Assembly (NCBI GenBank): GCA_037441385.1
Contig: JBBISH010000118.1
Span: 1 to 19,697 of the forward strand
Length of the DNA: 19,697 bases
Direction: 5' to 3'
DNA from: Myxococcales bacterium
GTDB taxonomy: Bacteria > Myxococcota_A > UBA9042
Shown: one piece after another, positions 15,440 through 19,697 of the stretch
How the letters are laid out: every line of letters begins with the position of its first letter
How positions within the stretch are numbered: position 1 is the first letter of the stretch
Translations under genes and position numbers: made by a program
Notes under the pieces: generated by a model
What the model was told of the DNA's origin: nothing
Database searches by the model: none
What the model saw: only the letters and a program-made list of their open reading frames with translations

Positions 15440-16468
15440 TTAAGCCAGTGCTGCGTCGATGATCGTATGCAGCAATTGCTCGTACGTCAGGCCGTGGTGA
15501 GCCGCAGCTTTGGGCAACAGTGACGCTGGCGTCAGCCCTGGCAGCGTATTGGTCTCCAGCACCACTGGCTGGCCATCGCGTCCCAGGATCACGTCGGTCC
15601 GCGAGACGCCGCGGCAGCCCAAAGCGTGGTGGGCGCGCCGACCCAGCTCTTGCACCAGGCGCGTGGCCTCGGCCGAGATGCGCGCCGGCACGATCTCGTC
15701 GCTGCCCTGCGCTTGGTACTTGGCCTGGTAGTCAAAGAATTCCGAAGATTTGGGGACGATCTCCACGATGGGCATGCTGACGAGCGTGCCGTCGCGCAGC
15801 TCAAGGACGCCCGACGTCAGCTCCACGCCGTCGATGAACTGCTCGCACAGCAGCGTGTCCACCCCCGTGGACAGCCGGCGCAGCGCATCGGCCACGCCCT
15901 GCTCGTCGCGCGGGATCTCAACGCCCACGCTGCTGCCGCCCGCCGGCACTTTGACCACGACCGGCAAGCCCAGATCGGCAACGATCTCGTCGGCTACAGC
16001 CCTGGCCGCCGTCAAGTCGCCCAAACCGGCGGCTGGCACCTCGCGCGCTCGCGCCACCGGCAAGCCAACGCCGCGGAAAACGCGCCGCGCCAGCGGCTTG
16101 TCCATCGCCACCGCCGACGCCGTTGGACCCGAGCCCGTGTACGGCACGCCGATCAAGTCAAGGGCCGCTTGAACCTTGCCGTCTTCGCCGTAAGTGCCAT
16201 GGAAGCCCATGAAGCACACGTCGATCGCCAAATCCAGCAGCCGCTGCAGCGCGGCCGTGATCGGCAAGTGCTCGGGCTGTACTTGGCCGGCCTCGCCGGC
16301 TGCGTCGCCAAAATGCCAGCGGCCGTCGCGATCGACGTAGACCGGCAGTACCGTGTGTCCGGCGCCGCGCAGGGTGCCGGTCACGCCCTTGGACGACCAC
16401 ACCGAGATGTCGTGCTCGGACGAAGGACCACCGTGCAAAACTGCAATCTTCAGCTTGTGTTCAAACAT
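15440..16468 (-). CDS. ddl: D-alanine--D-alanine ligase
   Basis: IAVLHGGPSSEHDIS, FHGTYGEDGKVQ, PYTGSG, MDK, GGSSVGV, FFDYQAKY, SRTD and LETNTLPGLTPASLLP motifs; GGAGGG SD before ATG 16468. Confidence 0.96.
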   Translation of the reverse strand: MFEHKLKIAVLHGGPSSEHDISVWSSKGVTGTLRGAGHTVLPVYVDRDGRWHFGDAAGEAGQVQPEHLPITAALQRLLDLAIDVCFMGFHGTYGEDGKVQAALDLIGVPYTGSGPTASAVAMDKPLARRVFRGVGLPVARAREVPAAGLGDLTAARAVADEIVADLGLPVVVKVPAGGSSVGVEIPRDEQGVADALRRLSTGVDTLLCEQFIDGVELTSGVLELRDGTLVSMPIVEIVPKSSEFFDYQAKYQAQGSDEIVPARISAEATRLVQELGRRAHHALGCRGVSRTDVILGRDGQPVVLETNTLPGLTPASLLPKAAAHHGLTYEQLLHTIIDAALA

Positions 16469-16508
16469 TTGGACCCTCCACAGCGGCAAACGCGATGTCC
16501 CGGCTAGC

Positions 16509-16952
16509 CTACACGGGTGCCGCAGGAGTGCCAGTTTCGTGCCCGCCGAGCGTTCCCGGCGCGGAGGGCTGGATCGTGATCTGCCAGCGGCATCCGCGAC
16601 ATATGGTCATCAGGGGCCATTGCAGGCGTTGCTCGGCAATTGGGGCCGTGCCGCCACACTTGGGGCACGTCACCGCGCAGTCCTGCAGCCGCTCGCGCTC
16701 GCCCAACCGCCGGACCAGCAGCGTGACGGCCACGGTCCAGCTGACCAGCGGGCCCACCAAGTGCATCAGCGGCATGAAGATCAGGATCAGCCCCACCCCA
16801 AAGGCTGTTCCGGCGGCTTTGAGCGCCCGGCGCGTCCGCACCCCGTCGGCCAGAATCTGCACGGGCAGCCGGCCGTGACCTGTCTCGCCGGTGGGAGTTG
16901 ATAGGTCGATGGCCACGAAATCGCTTTGTTTGTCCATGATGGGCGCGTTCAT
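16509..16952 (-). CDS. Small membrane protein with C-terminal CxxC..CxxC zinc ribbon
   Basis: Hydrophobic hairpin (FGVGLILIFMPLMHLVGPLVSWTVAVTLLV) followed by CPKC and CRGC; ends 40 bp upstream of ddl. The start could instead be the ATG at 16937. Confidence 0.75.
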   Translation of the reverse strand: MNAPIMDKQSDFVAIDLSTPTGETGHGRLPVQILADGVRTRRALKAAGTAFGVGLILIFMPLMHLVGPLVSWTVAVTLLVRRLGERERLQDCAVTCPKCGGTAPIAEQRLQWPLMTICRGCRWQITIQPSAPGTLGGHETGTPAAPV

Positions 16953-17024
16953 TGGGGGGAGCCTCGCTCAGCGCACTGCGCGCATATGCTGGTCGTTTCG
17001 TTGCGACGGCGCAAGCTCGATGCC

Positions 17025-17057
17025 CGAAACAGTTTCGAAACAATTGACTCCTAGACT
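17025..17057 (+). promoter_or_regulatory. Putative OmpR/GlnR-type direct-repeat box plus -10 element upstream of glnII
   Basis: CGAAACA at 17025 and 17036 (11-bp period); TAGACT at 17052-17057 lies 10 bp after the second GAAAC. Confidence 0.45.
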
Positions 17058-17145
17058 CCTCACCACCAGCGAAAGACGGCTGGTATCCGTGGCGCGCATC
17101 GCAATCCCGCGCGCGCCAAACCTGTCCCGTACCAGGAGCAAGACC

Positions 17146-18153
17146 GTGAGTGGTTTCTACAAGGCCGAATACATTTGGATGGACGGCGCCGAGCCGACCC
17201 AGAAGCTGCGGTCCAAGACCAAGATCATTGCGCTGGGCCACGAGCCGCCGGCATGGGGCTTTGATGGATCGAGCACCAACCAGGCCGAGGGTCATGCCTC
17301 GGATTGCGTGCTCAAGCCGGTGTTCCAGTGCCACGATCCGGTGCGCGGCGCGCCGAATGTCCTGGTCCTTTGCGAAGTCATGAATATCGACATGACGCCG
17401 CACCGCACCAACACCCGCGCCAAGCTGGTCGACATCGCCAAGCAGTACGAAAACCACGACATGTGGTTCGGCATCGAGCAGGAGTACACGTTTTTTGACG
17501 GCATCAAGCCCCTGGGCTGGCCGGACAACGGCTTCCCGGCGCCCCAGTTCGGCTACTACTGCGGCGTGGGCGCGGACGAGGTGTTCGGCCGCGACATCGT
17601 CGAAGAGCACATGGACAAGTGCATGGAAGCTGGGCTGAAGATCGCCGGTATCAACGCCGAGGTCATGCCGGCACAGTGGGAATTCCAGGTTGGGCCGCTG
17701 AGCCCGGTCGAGGTTTCGGACCACTTGTGGATGGCCCGCTTCCTGCTCTATCGCGTGGCCGAGGACTACGGCGTCAGCGCCACCCTGAACCCCAAGCCGG
17801 TCAAGGGCGATTGGAACGGCGCGGGCGCACACTGCAACTTCTCGACCAAGAAGATGCGCGAGTCGATCGATTCGTGCATCGCCGCAGCCAAGGCCCTGGG
17901 CGAGCGCCACGAGCTGCACATCGAGAACTACGGCGCGGGCATCGAAGAGCGCCTGACCGGCAAGCACGAGACCTGCTCGTACAAGCAGTTCAAGTACGGC
18001 GTGTCCGACCGCGGCGCCTCGGTGCGCATTCCGTGGCAGGTGGCTCAAGACGGCAAGGGCTACATCGAGGACCGCCGTCCGTGCGCGAACATCGACCCCT
18101 ACGTGGTGTGCCGTCTGATCACCGAGACGGTCTGCTCGCGTATTGCTGCCTAG
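17146..18153 (+). CDS. glnII: Glutamine synthetase type II (eukaryote-like GSII)
   Basis: 335 aa; AEYIWMDG, LRSKT, WGFDGSSTNQA, WFGIEQEYT, YYCGVGA, GINAEVMPAQWEFQVGP, DWNGAGAHCNFST, RLTGKHET, RGASVRIP and GYIEDRRPCANIDPY motifs; AGGAG SD before GTG 17146. Confidence 0.96.
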   Translation: MSGFYKAEYIWMDGAEPTQKLRSKTKIIALGHEPPAWGFDGSSTNQAEGHASDCVLKPVFQCHDPVRGAPNVLVLCEVMNIDMTPHRTNTRAKLVDIAKQYENHDMWFGIEQEYTFFDGIKPLGWPDNGFPAPQFGYYCGVGADEVFGRDIVEEHMDKCMEAGLKIAGINAEVMPAQWEFQVGPLSPVEVSDHLWMARFLLYRVAEDYGVSATLNPKPVKGDWNGAGAHCNFSTKKMRESIDSCIAAAKALGERHELHIENYGAGIEERLTGKHETCSYKQFKYGVSDRGASVRIPWQVAQDGKGYIEDRRPCANIDPYVVCRLITETVCSRIAA

Positions 18154-18174
18154 TTGCCTGGATTTCTTGCGAGT

Positions 18175-18211
18175 CATTTGGTCGCGGCCACACCCATTGG
18201 GTCGCGGCCAC
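18175..18211. repeat. 17-bp direct repeat with 20-bp period
   Basis: CATTTGGTCGCGGCCAC (18175-18191) and CATTGGGTCGCGGCCAC (18195-18211), one mismatch. Confidence 0.7.
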
Positions 18212-18534
18212 TTGACTGGCGGGACGTGCAACTCACAAACCTTCACGACCCGGTGCTATTCGCAGGCTTGGCGGGCGCGCAGTCCGTAGCCGATCGCGGG
18301 CCTGTATCTGTTTGTAACTATTTAGCAATGGCGTAGGCTGCGACGGCGTCCGGGTGAGGGCCGCGCCTTGTGAGCAAACGAAACCGGTGCTATACGTGGA
18401 CCCGCACGCTCAGGCAGCGCCCGCCCCCGCCCTGCCGGGCCAAGACTCGACCTACCCCTGCGCCAGACACGGCACGGGACGCTGGGCTTGCGAAAGGGAC
18501 GTGTGCCATGGCCCCCGCGCGCGGACAGGGCCAA

Positions 18535-18595
18535 CTAGTACTACAAACCCGAAGTTCCTTCCGGGTTAGGATTTTCGAATGGTTTGTAGTACTAG
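18535..18595. repeat. 61-bp CTAG-bounded palindromic element A
   Basis: Perfect 15-bp inverted repeat CTAGTACTACAAACC / GGTTTGTAGTACTAG; AT-rich relative to its surroundings. Confidence 0.8.
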
Positions 18596-18657
18596 CATCT
18601 TCAGCCAGCAAAGGGGGCGCGCCGCCCCCTGCGACCCCCGCGCGCGGCTAGCGCCGC

Positions 18658-18710
18658 CTAGTACACCAAGGGGCCGCAACTCGGAACGAAATTACGGCGT
18701 GGTGTACTAG
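18658..18710. repeat. 53-bp CTAG-bounded palindromic element B
   Basis: Perfect 11-bp inverted repeat CTAGTACACCA / TGGTGTACTAG plus an inner imperfect GCCGCAA/TTACGGC stem. Confidence 0.75.
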
Positions 18711-18740
18711 CTGGGGTCAAAACCTATCCGAGGTCATCCG

Positions 18741-19697
18741 ATGTTGCGAACTGGACGCCCAATTTCCGCCGCCGCGACCGCCGCTGCACTGCTGCTCCCT
18801 GCTGCAACTCTGGCGGCTGCGACTCTGGCTGCTGCGGCTCTGGCTGATGCGGCTCAGGCTGCCGAGCCCGCGCCCACTCCGGCCAAGGCTGCGGACCCGT
18901 TGCAGATCGACGTGGGCGTGATGGGTGGTTTCACCTCGTTTGCCAGCAATTCCGGCCTGGGCAACGCCGCCAAGGCGGAAGACCGGCCCGGTGCAGGTCC
19001 GTTGGTAGGGCTGCACGCTGGTGTTGTGCTGCTGGACCGGCATCTGGCGGTCGAAGCGTCGTTCCGCGACACCTTTACGCAGCTGGTGAGCAAGGCGTCG
19101 TCGGCGCAGGTCCTGGGCTGGCGCGTCCGCGGTCTGTGGTACCTCCTGAACGACGGCGCCGTGTTGCCCTATGTGCAGGTGGGCGGGGGCCAGGACATCC
19201 TGGTCAACGGCAAGAGCCAGTGCAAGACGGCCACCAGCAGCAACTGCGTGTGGGTCAAAACCCCGGATGCAGACAACGCGTTCGAGGTCGGTTTGGGCGT
19301 GAAGGTGCCCATCACCTACCGTTTGGGCTTGCGCGTTGCGGGCCTGTACATGATTGGCGACTCGCGTCCGGGTACCAAGGCCATCGCCTCTGAATTTGAG
19401 GCCCAGGCCGGGGTGACCTGGTCGTTTGGCGGCAAGGCAGAGGACTCGGACAAGGACGGCCTGCCCGACAACCTGGACAAGTGCCCCGACCAGGCCGAGG
19501 ACATGGATGGCTTCCAGGACCAGGACGGCTGCCCCGACCTGGACAATGACGGCGACGGCATCAACGACACCCACGACAAGTGCCCGAACGAAGCCGAGGA
19601 TCTGGACAAGTTCCACGACGAAGACGGTTGCCCGGATCCCGACAACGACAACGACGGCGTGCCGGACGTCAAGGACAAGTGCCCCGACCAGCCCGAG
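18741..19697 (+). CDS. Outer-membrane beta-barrel protein with thrombospondin type 3-like Ca-binding repeats (OmpA family; 3' truncated)
   Basis: Not in the track because it has no stop in the window. GAGGT SD, ATG 18741; Ala/Leu signal peptide; barrel strands (LPYVQVGGG, FEVGLGVKV, FEAQAGVTWSFG); then DSDKDGLPDNLDKCP..EDMDGFQDQDGCPD repeats. The C-terminal OmpA domain is inferred, not visible. Confidence 0.9.
   Translation, partial: MLRTGRPISAAATAAALLLPAATLAAATLAAAALADAAQAAEPAPTPAKAADPLQIDVGVMGGFTSFASNSGLGNAAKAEDRPGAGPLVGLHAGVVLLDRHLAVEASFRDTFTQLVSKASSAQVLGWRVRGLWYLLNDGAVLPYVQVGGGQDILVNGKSQCKTATSSNCVWVKTPDADNAFEVGLGVKVPITYRLGLRVAGLYMIGDSRPGTKAIASEFEAQAGVTWSFGGKAEDSDKDGLPDNLDKCPDQAEDMDGFQDQDGCPDLDNDGDGINDTHDKCPNEAEDLDKFHDEDGCPDPDNDNDGVPDVKDKCPDQPE
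18801..18860 (+). repeat. 4 x 15-bp tandem repeat within the signal-peptide coding region
   Basis: GCTGCAACTCTGGCG GCTGCGACTCTGGCT GCTGCGGCTCTGGCT GATGCGGCTCAGGCT, encoding AATLA AATLA AAALA DAAQA. Confidence 0.8.

Noticed and set aside
15440..16468. ddl plus uppP as a glycopeptide/bacitracin resistance island
   Set aside because: The ligase has the ordinary DYxAKY loop, there are no vanH/vanX/vanRS genes, and the two genes are 13 kb apart among housekeeping genes.

Overview
GC-rich bacterial chromosomal window. The Hanks-type kinase, the DUF4139 lipoprotein and the OmpA-type protein with TSP3-like repeats suggest a Myxococcota/deltaproteobacterial host (inference). It carries mostly housekeeping and envelope genes: a truncated Ser/Thr kinase, uppP, stand-alone coaB, an Amidase_3, a lipoprotein with a CBM20-like domain, a small IF2_N/wHTH-like protein, a D-2-hydroxyglutarate dehydrogenase-like flavoprotein, an acyl-CoA dehydrogenase, a DUF4139/OmpA-like lipoprotein, an NrfD/DmsC-like membrane protein with an overlooked 51-aa partner, ddl, a type II glutamine synthetase and a truncated outer-membrane protein. 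The most striking structure is a family of four co-oriented, exactly 132-bp MITE-like elements with imperfect terminal inverted repeats, short target duplications and an internal hairpin. Three of the four sit at gene 3' ends, and one demonstrably rewrote a gene's C-terminus. Also present are CTAG-bounded palindromes, several apparent leaderless promoters and a GAAAC-n6-GAAAC box upstream of glnII. No transposase, CRISPR array, rRNA or tRNA was seen.
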